Counted from the first letter of the stretch, positions 1 to 12,900 are shown. The stretch: 64,000 nucleotides of DNA from Stegostoma tigrinum (GCF_030684315.1 NC_081360.1:27635818-27699817); one strand, 5' to 3'. The notes: generated from the letters alone by a model not told the origin. Numbers and translations: made by a program.

Positions 1-7
1 ACATCAG

Positions 8-553
8 AAACAGAGCATCCGAAAAAGAGGGGCAGAAACACAAGGACAGAAACAGAGGGGCAGAACCAGAGAATGAAAAACACAGGGGCAGCAACAGACT
101 ATAACAAACAGAGGTGCAGAAATATAGGATGAGAAAGAGAGGGGCAAAAACAAAGGATGAGAAACAGAGAGTGAGATACGTAGGTGCAGAAACAGAGGAT
201 GAGAAGTGGAGGGGGAGAAATAGAGGGGCAGAAAGAGAGAATGGCAAACATAGCAAAATGAACAGATGATGAGAAACAGAGGATGAGAAATTGAGGGACA
301 GAAACAGTGGATGAAAAACAGAAGGGTAGAAACAAATGGACAGAAACAGAGAATGAGAAACAGAGAGACAGTATCGGGGACAGAAACAAAGGATGTGAAA
401 CAGAGCAACTGAAACAGAAAATGAGGAACAGAGGGGCAGAAACTGAGGGGCAGAAACAGAGAATGAGAAACACAGTGTCAGAAACAGAGGGGCAGCAAGA
501 GAGGATGAGGAATTGAGGATGAGACACAGGTAAGCAAAAACAGAGGATGAGAA
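8..553 (+). repeat. Degenerate purine-rich minisatellite, ~14-bp unit GAAACAGAGG(GGC/ATG)A
   Basis: Consecutive units such as gaaacagagcatcc, gaaaaagaggggca, gaaacacaaggaca and gaaacagaggatga; roughly 38-39 copies, running off the left edge of the window. Explains the low-complexity ORFs 4..408, 99..632 and 307..516. Confidence 0.85.
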
Positions 554-1374
554 ATCCATCTCCATCACTCCAAACCACCAACGTCTCCTGCCCTCTGCGC
601 TTCCTATTCTCCCACCTGGCAGGCCTCACCACCTTTCCTGAGTATGGACAAGACCCTGAACCTGCTAACTTACATAGTCCTATTCCTCAGACTAGTTGAA
701 CTTGATCTGAAGGCTGAGTGAGGCCCAATTCCTGGGCTGTAAGGTCACAGATCTCCAGACCCTGTTCACACCAATCATGTGACTGAACATAATCAACTCC
801 CGATCGGACAATGCTCTTGATTGACTGCAGCAGGAACCCTGACTGACGAAAGGCTCCTTGACAGGACTAAGGATGATTTGCCTTAACTTTGAGAGAGAGG
901 ACTGTCTAAAGTGTGTTTGCTGGCACATGCTGTGGTTGTGATATCGACACAACATAGTACTGTACAGTGACATGTCTGCCCCCTTTGATTGGTTGGTGCT
1001 GACAAACATGACAAACTGTCTGACTTTCTCTCTGGGCTAAAGGGCAAAACAAGACAGAGCTGCATTGAGTAGGTAAGTTCCAAATGAAACTGCAATGTGC
1101 ACAAAAGCAAGACAAGACACGGCAGAGATGATGTAAGCACCCTAGTAGTTGCAAAGTGAATGCTAAGAAAGCAAGCTAACAGCCCTGAGATACACTGCAA
1201 TCGAAAGCATGAGGTGGGTGCGTGTTCTTGTGATCAAAGCAGACTGGTGGCACCACTGCAGTAAGAACTGTCAGTGAGCTCCAAATTGCAATATTACTGT
1301 TCCAAACTCTGTTATTAGCATATCTGAGATATCCGGCTATAACAATGATGAGGCGGGTACTTTATCAATGTCAA

Positions 1375-2405
1375 CATAGAGTCATAGAATTGTACAGCAC
1401 AGAAAGAAACCCTTCAGTCCAACTTATCCATGCAGACCAGATATCCCTAAATTAATCTGGTCCGATTTGCCAGCATTTGGCCCATGTGCCTCTGAACCAT
1501 TCTCATTCACTTACCTAATCAAATGCCTTTTAAATGTTTGTCATTGTACCAGCCTCCACCACTTCCTCTGGCAGCTCGTTCCATACATGCTCCACCCTCT
1601 GCATGGAAAAGTTGCACCTGAGGTCCCACTTAAATCTTTCTCCTCTCACCTTAAACTTATGCCATCTAATTTTTGACTCCCCCAATCTGGGGAAAAGATC
1701 TTTGCCGTTTACCATATGGATGCCCCTCATGATTTTATAAACCTCTACAAGTTCACATCTCAGCCTCTGACAATCCAGGAAAAATAGCCCCAGGCTATTA
1801 AGCCTCTCCCCATGACTGAAAATCTCCAACCTTGGCAACATCCCTGTAAATCTTTTCTGAACCCTTTCACTTTTCACAATATCCTTCCTAAAGCAGGGAG
1901 ACCAGAATTACATGCAGTATTCCAAAAGAGGCCTAACCAATGTCCTGTACAGCTGCAATATGACCTTGCAACTCCTACACTCAATGCACTGACCAATAAA
2001 GGCAAGCATACCAAATGCCTTCTTCACTATCCTATCTACCTACAACTCGACCTTCAGCAACACTCCCCAGGATTTTACCATTAAGTGTAGAAGTCCTGCC
2101 CTGATTTGCCTTTCCAAAATGCAGAATCTCACATTTAAGTAAATTAAACTAAATCTGCCACTCCTCAGCCCATTGGCCCATCTGATCAAGATCCCCTTGT
2201 ACTCTGAGGTAACCTTCTTTGCGGTCCAATACAATTCTCGTTTTGGTGTCATCTGCAAATTTACAAACCATATCTCCAATGTTCACATCCAAATCATTTA
2301 TATCAATGATGAGAAGCCGTGGACCCAGCACTGATCCTTGTGGTATACCTCTGGTCACAGGCCTCCAGTCTGAAAAGAACCCTTCACCATCACCCTCTGT
2401 CTTCT
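1375..2405 (-). mobile_element. CR1-type LINE, 5'-truncated, decayed (RT C-terminus and 3' tail)
   Basis: Minus ORFs contain VTRGIPQGSVLGP..INDLD..KFADDTK (RT motifs) and ERVQKRFTGMLP..LNSLGLF..VEVYKIMRG (CR1 ORF2 C-terminus). Confidence 0.9.
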
Positions 2406-2624
2406 CCCTCCAGGATGGAAAATGCAAGAGGTCAGGGGCTAAGGTCAGTACCCTAATGTGCTGGGGATATTGACCAAAATGGTGACCTGGAAAAGATGCT
2501 GATGAGCTACAGCCAACAGGTACTCCCTCTGACTTTCATGTTGGGAATTAGCATATTTAACCTTAGAGGTCAGAACAGTGACACAGAAAATGAGAGGGAC
2601 CATATGTGTTGAGACCGTAATTAC

Positions 2625-3625
2625 TTACAATATGTACAAATGACTTGGATGAGGGAATTGAATGTGCTACCGCTAAGTTTGTGGATGAACAAAAATAATT
2701 GGGAAGGCAAGTGGTGAACATGAAGCAAACAGCCTAACGAGGGATATAAACATGTTAATTGAGTGTACAATAACTTGGCAGATGAAGTATAGAAATGTGA
2801 GGTTCTGCGCCTTGGCAGGAAGACTATAGGAGCTGAATATTACTTCACTGGGAAAAGACTGCAGAAAGTTGCAACATAAAGGGAATTAGAGGTGTTCATG
2901 GAGGAAAAAGTGAACATTAGCACCCAAGTTCAGTGAGCAACAGGGGACGCAAATGAAGTCTGGGCCTTACTTTCAAAGGGAGTGGAGTTTAAAAATGGGA
3001 GGTCTTGCAAAAACTATAAAAGGCACTAATTAGACCACACAGTGAACACTGTGAATATATTTTCATATCGTTCCCTGAGGAAAGGTGCATTAGATCGGAG
3101 ACAGTTCAGAGAATTTTCTCTTGGTTGTTCTAGGTATGGAGGAACTATCTTATGAGGACACATTGAACAGTTTGGGCCAGTTTTTATAGCAGTTTAAAAG
3201 AATGATGGGTTACTTTGTTGAAATGGATGCGATTCTTAAGTGGCTTTTCTTAGGAAGCTGTACTGGATAGATGCTGAGAAGTTATTTCCCCTTGTGGGAG
3301 AATGTAGAGCCAGAGGACATAATCTCACAGACAAGAGTCGTCCAGTTAAGACAGAGATGATAGGGATTCTTTGATTAGAGAGTGGTGAATTTATGGAATT
3401 CTTCACTGCAGTGGTCTATAGAGGTTGCATTGTTAAGTATATTCAAGGCTGAGATAAACAGATCTTTAATCAGTAACAGAATCATAGGTTATGGGGATGA
3501 GGTCAGGAGGCAAACTTGAGGATTGTCGGATCTGCTATGACTTCATTAAATGGTGGAGCAGACTCTCGATGGGTTGATTGGCTTGTTTCTGTCCCTACGC
3601 CTTATTGCCTTGTGATCTCATGGTT
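2625..3625 (+). mobile_element. CR1-type LINE fragment, decayed
   Basis: Broken reading resembling INDLDEGIEC..AKF.DD, ..Y.AL.RPH.E and Y.D.LN.LG, followed by a CR1-like 3' tail near 3560-3625. Confidence 0.75.
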
Positions 3626-6354
3626 AATATGTGTGCAAAGAGCCTTCATACATTATTAATGAGATTCTAAGCTAGTTGTAGAAACTTCTAGGGGAAAGTT
3701 AATGTGTAATTTTGACCCCGTGAATTTTATTTTCTTATTCTATTGAGGGGTTTTCGTTCAAATCACTGCCAGCCTCTGGTTCAGACAATGGATTTATTAA
3801 TTAGGATGCAATGAAGTGACTGCAGAGGTGTTTAGGGGGCAAAAACATCAATGCATTTATTTACGTACGAAAAGGTAATAATAATGCAAGACATAGGTAA
3901 TTCAATAAGTCAAGGAAATTAACACAATTAAGAAAGGGGAAGCAGTAGTACTTTAAAATACACTATTAATTGGATTATCACTATTAGAGTCACCATTTAC
4001 AAGTAGACAAAAAAGACACCAGTGTTTAAATTAAAATTTAACCAGAATGCCGACCAGGAGACTCCTAATGCGCTGATGTTACCCAACTCACACTGCTAAC
4101 TATGTGGAATTTTGGGGTTTCAGTGGTTCTGGTCACCACTCAGAGCACGGTTTTGAGGTTTGCATGGTTGTTCTGGCATGCTGCACCTGAGGACTTCGAA
4201 AGCACAACCCTTTCTCTTTGGGTTGTGTCTGTTGATACAGTTAAGTGCCTATTGGATCTATTGGGTAGGTAGCTGGTTTTCTTAATTTTTGCTGGTTTGG
4301 TGAGTCCTGTTTTCACCTCCACCAGGTTGTGTCTGAGGACTTGTAGTGCTGGTCAAGTTGGTTCTCCTTTGAGTTGTCAGTTTTTGGCCTCTGATGGTCA
4401 TGGTCGGTTGTTGAGGCTCTTGCTGTTGGTATTCTTGGATCAAAAAGGCCAGTGCTCAGAAACTGGTTTGGCTGTCTTGTTGCATGTCTTTGGTTCAGCT
4501 TCTCTGTTCAGCCTCTAGAATTGGCTTCTCTTGGCTCTTGGTTTGGAAACTCCTCAAGTGGAATTGGGGCTGACAGTTATACTGAACCTGGTCCCCACTA
4601 TCTCTGCGCCAAATCTGTCATCTCATTGTTCAGTTGATGTTCACTTTGAGGTTAATTGGCTTTCAGGGTGTTTGACAAGGCGTAAATATCCTTTAATAAT
4701 GTTGGATGCCAAGGCCTTTCATTGTACTTCTCCAGAGTCCACATGTCTGAGCGGTGTAGCCAGAAGTGTAAAAATCGTCTCGGGGTGAGTTTCCAATGGT
4801 TTCAGGTCGATTGCTTCAGAGAGGAGGTGTAAATTGGAAATACCAGCTGAACGACGTTCCCAGGTCTGCTGGTGGTTTTGTTTATTCCTTGCAAACTCCA
4901 CACAGTTTTGTAAAAGTTTTATGTTAAGTCCAGGGCTCTGTCCAAAGCCCAGAACTTTGCCCAAAGCTCAGGGTTCTGCCCATATGTTTTAATTCTGGGG
5001 ATTTTTGCACAATATAACATCTCACCATATTTTCCCAATTTTCTTGGTCCTGCCCACTTCATTCTGACACTGTGCAAATTCTGACCAACAATTATTGTTG
5101 CCCCCACAGAGATGATGTCATCAGTCATATTTTCATAATTTTTGCATGTAGCTTTCCAGTATTAGCAACATTTTACTGTTGTACTGAATGAGGATTTATC
5201 AATGTTAAATTTTTATAAGCATCTGCACTATGTTGTCTCCTGAGGAAGGTTTGAGGTCTGAAAACAGAGGTACAATAGGGTCTGACATCACGAATAAACT
5301 GGGGTCTAGGTTCAGTAACACATTCAGGTTTGGTATCAGGAATGTATTGGGATCTAGTGTCAGTGGCATATTGCGGTCAGAGTTCATTTGTGTATCAGGT
5401 CTAGCATTAATATTATTTTTAGATCTTTTCTCATGCCTGCAAAAGTGTCTGACATTAGAGGTGCATTGTTATTTAAAATGTTTGATACATTGGGACCCGA
5501 TTTATTGAGCACTGTAAGCTCGAGGGAGCAGTCTACAAATTACAAACATTAGCCAAAACCAGAGCAAAAGTCCGGAAGTAATCTGAACCGGGTGTTGTTA
5601 TAAGCAAAACACTGATCAAGTTGTCGTAAGTAGAAGGTACATTAATGGCAGAATCATGGGCAAGTTATTATATCTGGCTTTTATGCAGAAGACTTCTCTC
5701 CATAGACAGTTTGAAGAGGGATTGTACAAAATGATCTGTTGATAAAGTACACAGAAAATGTATATACTGGGTCACGAAATTCTGAAAGGCCAGGGACACT
5801 TCAATGCATTTGAATAAAGAAGTCTAGGTGCTGTTGAAACCATACTGATATTGATTATTTAACTATTCTTTAGCAATTCTCAGATATATTTACTTTGTAA
5901 TTTAGATTTTGTTATTATAGTAGATTGCAGGAAAACATAGCAAATGGAACTGCTTGAAAAACATCGGATTTTTTGATGTTTTATTTCTTTGAAAATTACT
6001 GTGTTGTGAATGGTGGCATCAAATTGGGAGATTTGATTCTTCAATGTCTGCTGGCTATTCATCTTTATTGTGGTATTTTACAATTTTCAATTATTTTAAA
6101 ACATTTAATCAATAATTTGACTGCTAAATCATTGTGATGACTTGAATCAATCATGATTGACCGAAGGCATGGCACCAGGAACGGTAATGTCCTGTATTTA
6201 ATCAAATAACATGCTATTCATAATCTTTGTCATTGAATACTTTCATGAATGACATACATGTACTGGTCTCATCAATTCTACTTTATTTATACTTCAAAAT
6301 ATTTCTGTTACACTGAGAAGTATTTCAGCAAGATAGCCAGATTTTGAATGCCAT

Positions 6355-9300
6355 TTAGAAGTCCCTCATGCGCCTGAAAGATCCGACAGCTGAGCTGTAG
6401 CCTCCCCAGTCGGTGTATCTCCTGTATTCACCGGGTCTCATGAAGTACTGCCGCCCCCTGTAGCTGGGATGTTCATAGAAGATCCAGTAACCGTCCATCA
6501 CGTGGCAGGAGTGGATGTCACGGTAACGGAAACGATCGTAGACAGATGGACAGTCATCTGTGAATTCCATCATCTGTCCTCCAAAGTCCGGCCTCTCGTA
6601 AATCCTCATTCTGTAGGAGCCTCCTCGGTACTGCAATAGAATATTTTAATTCATCTTCAATTTACAAGCATGAAAATGCACATCTAGGTATGTAAGCCAT
6701 TTTTTAAAAAAGATAGAAGTGTAGGCATTCAGATTTAACCCATCTACCACTCAAGAAAGATGGCACACAAAATGGATGTGCATTTTAACTCACGTTCAAT
6801 GATACACACCTAATCTCTCCGTATTCACAACACTATGACTGCATGTATTCAATACCGCATGATCATGGAACAGGATGCCCATGTGGATTATGAGATAGCA
6901 GGAACTGCAGATGCTGGAGACTCTGAGGTAACAAAGTGCGCAGCTGGATGAACACAGCAGTCCAAACAGCATCAGAGGAGCATGAATGCTGACATTTCGG
7001 GCTTAGACCATTCTTCAGAAATTGGGAAGGGAAGGGGATTCTGAAATAAATAGGAACAGATGGGTAGGCTGATAGAAGATGAATGAAGGAGAAGATAAGT
7101 GGAGAGGAGACAGACAGGTCAAAGAGGTGGGGGTGGAGCCAGTAAAAGTGAGTGTAGGTGGGGAGATATGGAGGGGCTAGGTCAATCCAGGGAAGATGGA
7201 CAAGTCAAAGAGCTGGAATGAGGTTAGTAGGTTGGAGCTGGGGGTGGGGATTGAGGTGGGCGGAGGGCGTAGGTGGGAGAAAGGACAGGTTGGGGAGGCG
7301 GGGACATGGTTGGCTGGTTTTGGAATGTGCTAGGGGGAGGGGAGATTTTGAAGCTTGTGATGTGCACATTGATACAGTTGGGCTGCAGGATTCCAAAGTG
7401 AAATATGAAGTGCTGTTCCTGCGACCTTCGGGTGGCATCGTTGTGGCAATGCAGGAGGCCCAGGATGGACATGCCGTCTGAGCAAAGGGTCGGTTACGTG
7501 GAACAATCTCTCTTCCATGGCTACACTGGCTATAAACACTACCTCTTCCTCCGTTACATCGATGGCTATATCGGCACCTCCTCGTGCTCCCACGAAGAGC
7601 TCGAACAGTTCATCCACTTCAACAACACTTTCCACCCCAACGTTAAGTTCATCCAGACCAACTCTGATACCTCTCTCTCCTTCCTGGAAATCTCTGATTC
7701 CATCTCTGGCAACCACCTGGAAACCGATGTCCATTTCAATCCTACCGACTCCCCCACACCGACCTAGAATACACCTCCCCCCACACACCTTCCTGCAAAA
7801 ATGCCTTCACCTATTCCCAATTCCTTCACATTGAAAGTATCTGCTCCCAGGATGAGGCATTCCACACCCATACATCTCAGATGTCCTTGTTTTTAAAGGA
7901 GTGCAACTTCAATGCCTCAGTGGTCGAAAACCCCCTCAACAATGTCGCCCGCAGCTCCTGTAAATCATTCCTCGCACACCTCCCCGCAATAACAACAAAA
8001 ACACAATCCCCCTGATGCTCACATAACACCACACCAACCTCTGGATCCAACACATCATGCTCCAACACTTCAGCCATCTGCAATCCGACCCCACCACCAA
8101 ACACAGTTTTCCCTCCCAACCCTTATCTGCTATCCGGAGGGATCACTCTCTCCATGACTCCCTTGTCCATTCTACTCTCCCCTCCAGCCCCACCACACCC
8201 AGCATCTTTCCCTGCAACCACAGGAAGTGCTAAATCTGCTCCTACACCTTCCCGCTCATCCCCATCCCAGGCCCCAAGAAGACCTTCCACATCAAGCAGA
8301 TGTTCACCTGCACATCTGCCAATGTGGGATACTGTATCCACTTTCCAGATGTGGCCTCGCTAAATCGGGGAAAATGTGCAGAGGCTTGGGGACCGCTTTG
8401 CAGAACACCTAAGCTCAGTTTGCACTAAACAACTGCACCACCCAGTTGCAAGCCATTTCAGCTCCGCCTCCCATTCTGCAGACAACATGTCCATCTCAGG
8501 CCCCCTGCAGTGCCACAACAATGCCACCTGAAGGTTGCAGGAACAGCAACTCATATTCCGCTTGGGAACCGTGCAGCCCAATGGTACCACTGTCGATTTC
8601 ACAAGCTTCAAAATCTCCCCTTGCCCCATTGCATCCCAAAACCAGCCCAGCTTGACTCCGCCTCCCTAACCTGTCCTTCCTCCCACCTATCCCTTCCTCC
8701 CACCTCAAACCCCACTCCCATCTCCTACCTACTAGCCTCATTTCAGTTCCTTGACCTGTCCATCCTCCGTGGACTGACCTATCCCCTCCTTACCTTCCCA
8801 CCTACACACCTTAATTGGTTCCACCCCCACCTCTTTGACCTGTCTGTCTCCTCTCCACCTATGCTCTCCTCTATCCATCTTCTATCCCCTACCCCTCTCT
8901 CCCGATTTATTTTAGAATGCCCCTCACCGCCTCCATTTCTGAAGAAGGGTCTTGGCCCGAAACGCCAGGAGAGCTGCTCTGCTATTTTTATTGTTGAGGC
9001 TTGTCACACAAATTAGTGACAGGAGTGAAATACAGGCCTGAGCTTTTGAGTTTTCAGTTCACCTGGCTGGAGGCAGAACCTTTACTCAGTTCTTACAGGA
9101 AAAGTTACACCACAGTGGGATTGTTTCAGAGATAGTCCGAACTGCAGATGCTGGAGAATCCGACATAACAAGGTGTACAGCTGGGTGAACACAGCAGGCC
9201 AAGTAGCATCATAGGAGCAGGAAAGCTGACCTTAAAGGCCGAGACCTTTCTACATAAAAAGATGGGTCTCCACCCGAAACATGGGCTTTGCTGCTCCTCT

Positions 9301-10447
9301 GTTGGTGTTTGTCCCGCGTGTTCATCCAGCTCTATGCCTTGTTACCACAATGGGATTGCCAGGCTTGAAGGGAGGGACCTCCAGTGCCATGAACTCCAGC
9401 TCCCAGGCTCTATCAAAGGCTGACAATGGCAGTTGAAGGTGTGACATCCACCGGGAAGAGTGTAATGACCTCTGGATGGGGGAATATGGGCCACACCGAT
9501 GAGATTCAAGGGAAAGATAACAGGAGAGCGCAAAACCCATTCAAAAAACATCACGCTCATACAGAGGACCATATCTCTGTAGCAGGTGAGACCTGAACTC
9601 AGGTGTGTTGACACTGTCATTGCACTACAATTTTAGGTTGAGCTGTTTCACTAGCAATCAAGGTAAATCTTAATCCACATTGATCATAAATAGAGATCCC
9701 GGTGACCTCTCATAAGGCAGCAGTCTCCATGGAATTATACCGCGTGTCGCGTAGTTACTTGTGGATTAAACCGAGGTGGAAGGAATAGCATTTTATACAA
9801 GAAATGATACGATGCCTCATCGTATGCCACATGCAGATTAGAATGTGGCTTTTGATAAAATGTGGGTGAATCATGAAGGCAAGAAAAAGGAACACAATCT
9901 GTCCACTATTTAAATCAAGAACTGTAATAATGTTGTTCACAGAAGAATGGAGATGATACCTATACATAGATGATGTATAGCAAATATTATAAGACGTATC
10001 AACAAATAATTTCCGTTTAAGCCTGCTATCAGACATTCATTTGTAACTTACTGGTTGATAGGAGCGACATGACCGGACACAGTCATTGAATCCCATCCAG
10101 TGCTGATAGTCAGGATATTCTCCCCTGGTCAGAACGTACTGGTATCCCATGTAATTAGATTTCTCATACAGAATCCACCAGTCACTCTCAACACGGATGG
10201 AGTTACAGCGGCTGAAGTAAGGGGTCAGGTCGGCACAGTCACTGCTGCACTCATAGTGCCGACCCTGGAAGTTCCTGTCCTCGTAAAAGATGATCTGTGG
10301 GAAGCAGGTAAGTTATAGATCAATGCTGTAACAAGATGAGGTAATTATGCAGTTTTAAAAAATATATATACTATACCATGTGTAAATGATCTCTTTCAGT
10401 GCTGTACTGATTCAACGAACTGAAAGCATGAAGCTTACCTTTCCCAT
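6355..10447 (-). CDS. cryg: Gamma-crystallin (gene 1), 175 aa; shark gamma-S1/gammaM-like type
   Basis: Exons 10447-10439 (MGK), 10294-10052 ([81 protein letters not shown]) and 6630-6355 ([18 protein letters not shown]...RRMRDF*). GT-AG phase-0 introns, four Greek-key motifs, AATAAA at 6287-6282. The symbol is family-level only. Confidence 0.95.
6892..8966 (+). mobile_element. Penelope-like retroelement in intron 2 of gene 1 (inverted 5' segment plus sense RT/GIY-YIG remnant)
   Basis: Plus-strand remnants [29 protein letters not shown] (RT) and [16 protein letters not shown] (GIY-YIG region). 6892-7480 is an inverted copy of the element's 3' end, the usual Penelope arrangement. Confidence 0.85.
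9124..9344. mobile_element. Short fold-back Penelope-terminus-derived insert
   Basis: Inverted arms taacaagg..gctgggtgaacac / gtgttcatccagc..ccttgtta, flanked by ccacagtgggattg (9110-9123) and ccacaatgggattg (9345-9358). Copies are present in units B and C. Confidence 0.75.
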
Positions 10448-10496
10448 TTTAAGTTCAGTTAGAAAGCTACTGACTGAATCTGCGTGTGTTTCCTGG

Positions 10497-10586
10497 TATT
10501 TATACTGTTGTCTGAAAGGTCAATGTAAAGAATATATCATTATTCTGATGATTGAGGGCCACGTATGTCAGCAAAAATGAAACAAT
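10497..10586 (-). promoter_or_regulatory. Gene 1 proximal promoter: TATA box, Maf half-site, Sox-type site
   Basis: TATAAATA at 10504-10497. TTTTTGCTGAC with TGCTGA starting 69 bp upstream of TATA. ATTGTT at 10586-10581. Maf and Sox factors are established lens crystallin regulators; binding here is inferred. Confidence 0.7.
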
Positions 10587-12289
10587 ACTGTTCTCCCATA
10601 ATATGCAAAAACCATTCCAGAATGCGTGCTTTTAAAATCATGTGAACGCATCTTTTCATTTTGCTTTTACCTCATTTTAATTGCTCCGTTAACAAATTAT
10701 TCCAGAAAAGAGGCATTGCCGACGCCTCTCGGAGCTGATGGTATCACACTCAATGAAAATGCAGAATGTTCTCTTCTGAATGTGACGAGAAGTCTGTGCT
10801 CTTAAAATTGCGTTTCAGTAATTTTTGTATAAGACTCCTTATTTTTTTTGCCCCCAGTGTGATTTGCGTAAGCCTGACTGAATGAACATGGAAATTGTAT
10901 CGTTTTGGTCTTATCGCAAGCATACCTACTTGTGTCAGTGTGCTGTATACAATGGGGGTTCAAAAACAGACAACTGGATCCAAAGTATACTTTAGAACTG
11001 TTGTTTCTGCCCCAGACCCTTCATCATTCCTTACCACAGGCCTGAAACATGGACTTCCCTGCTCCTCTGGTGCTGCCTGACTTGAATGTCTCAATGCTTT
11101 CCCGCTGCTATATGCAGGTTTGTTTTTTTTTGTCCTTATCATTGTCAATCTCAACAATTTAGAGATGCGGAATAAGATTTATTTAGGTATTGTTGTCATC
11201 CAATATGATGAGCGTCAGAGGTTACATCCACACTGAGGATTGAAGGATGAACACAACTGCCTGACAGCCCATTGGGAGCACCCACACCACATAGGTGGCA
11301 ATGGATCAAGAATCTGACGTATTACCTACTTGTCAAATGCATTAGGGATGGGCATCAGAATTGTTGTAGCCTACGTTGCCCACATCATGTGATTAAATAA
11401 ATATGAAAGTGTAAAAAAGTTAAGGAGAAAATTAAAAAGAAGAAATAACTTGCTACCAGACACAGAAACCAAGGCTTGCCAAAAGCACTCACATGCTTCC
11501 AGCAGTGAGGTCAGCAAAAGAGGTAGCGTTTTCCAAGAACTGAATGGCAACATTCAAATTACATTTATCTTCCAAAACTGCGCAGGGCAGAGGTGAGCTC
11601 TTGAGCGGACTCTGTTCACACCACCAATATAGTTGTGAATTGTTCAAAACCATACGATTGCATCCAAATTATATTTTAGTGATGTTTTAGTTTCCCTAGA
11701 CCCTTCATCATTCCTCACCATGACCAGGCCTGAAACATGGGCTTCCCTGCTCCTCTGATGCTGCCTGACCTGTTGTGTTCCTCCAGCCCCACACTGACTC
11801 CAGCATCTGCAGTTCTTGCCATCTCCTAAAAATGAAGTAGAATACCTTGACACAGTCAAGGTATGAATCAAAACCCATGGACGACATGTGGCAAGAAAGG
11901 GAGAGCAGTGTTATGCAGATATTGAAAGGCTATACCAACATGAATGGTAGTTCAGTCAGATGTACTGGGAACACAGATTAGTATCAGGCTTCACATCAGC
12001 AAACAGTTAGATGGAGAGGTGACTCTGCTATTCACCTACCTATTATTAACTCAAGGTGACTTTCATTGGGATTGGTCCCTTGGGGCACGAAAGAGATTTA
12101 GCACACTGTTGTCTAAAAATCACTTCTCTACCTCTGTATCTCTCCTCAAAGGTTCCACACTCATCCCAACTTCTGTCTTGCCAGAGGTAGAGATTCTTGG
12201 AACTCTGACGTTCTTCTGGGGTACTTGGTGTCATACGTGAACCCAATTACGCTCTCGGCCAAATGATGTACGCCAAGAGTTGGCCTGAA

Positions 12290-12900
12290 CAGTTCCTGTC
12301 TGGACAGGACCAGTGTACAGCCCAGACATGACGCACATGGAAAACTGATGTGGTAAGGATCTTATGGCCTTGTCTGGCCCAGTGGAAGATGGTGTTGCAT
12401 TGCAGAAACACAGGACAGTACAACCTAGTGTTCTGACTGCCAAGTCCAGTCATAGAGCTGCAACAGTGTCCCTCTCTCATTTGCTTGGCATTCCGTGGAA
12501 GATATGTGACTGTGACCATACTGTATCTTTACTGCATCTTGACAGCACCTACTGTGGGAATCTTCACAGTATGGGATACCATCACTTCCACTGCAGGCTG
12601 ATGCTGGTCCTGTCCTCGTGGTCACTTGCCTTTGTCATTCATTTGTCCAACAGATCTTGTTGCAGCAGCCACGAGGATGACCACAGCTTCAGTGTTGTGC
12701 CCAAGGAGAGGGTTCCCGTGAGCCTACACAGGCAATATCATAAACAGTGAAGTTCCTTATACATATGATCATTTGGCAGTGGCAGTGACATCAAATATTA
12801 TCTGGAAAGAATTGACCTACAACTGGGACATGGAGTCCCCCAGCAAGCAGGCCAGCCGGCTGCCTCGACATGGACTTTTTGTTGCCCTGATCCAGCTGTC
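12290..12900 (+). mobile_element. Internally deleted remnant of the Harbinger-like element seen at 29510-30710
   Basis: Aligns with 30125-30715 and 47860-48445. Lacks the Myb/SANT part because of a deletion junction at ~12297. Copy at ~20877-21487. Confidence 0.55.

Noticed and set aside
8-553. Possible CRISPR array
   Set aside because: Units are contiguous and degenerate with no unique spacers; eukaryotic context and no cas genes.
4-632. Cys/Phe/Leu-rich ORFs of 134 and 177 aa resembling membrane proteins
   Set aside because: They are translations of the 14-bp minisatellite; no gene structure.
7405-9016. Intact Penelope RT/endonuclease gene
   Set aside because: Fragmented by stops and frameshifts, the YIDD motif is altered to YIDG, and the RT N-terminus is missing.
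10100-10318. Plus-strand ORFs repeated at 18687 and 35969 (and 35307, 43339)
   Set aside because: Antisense shadows of crystallin exons; their conservation is explained by the sense coding sequence.
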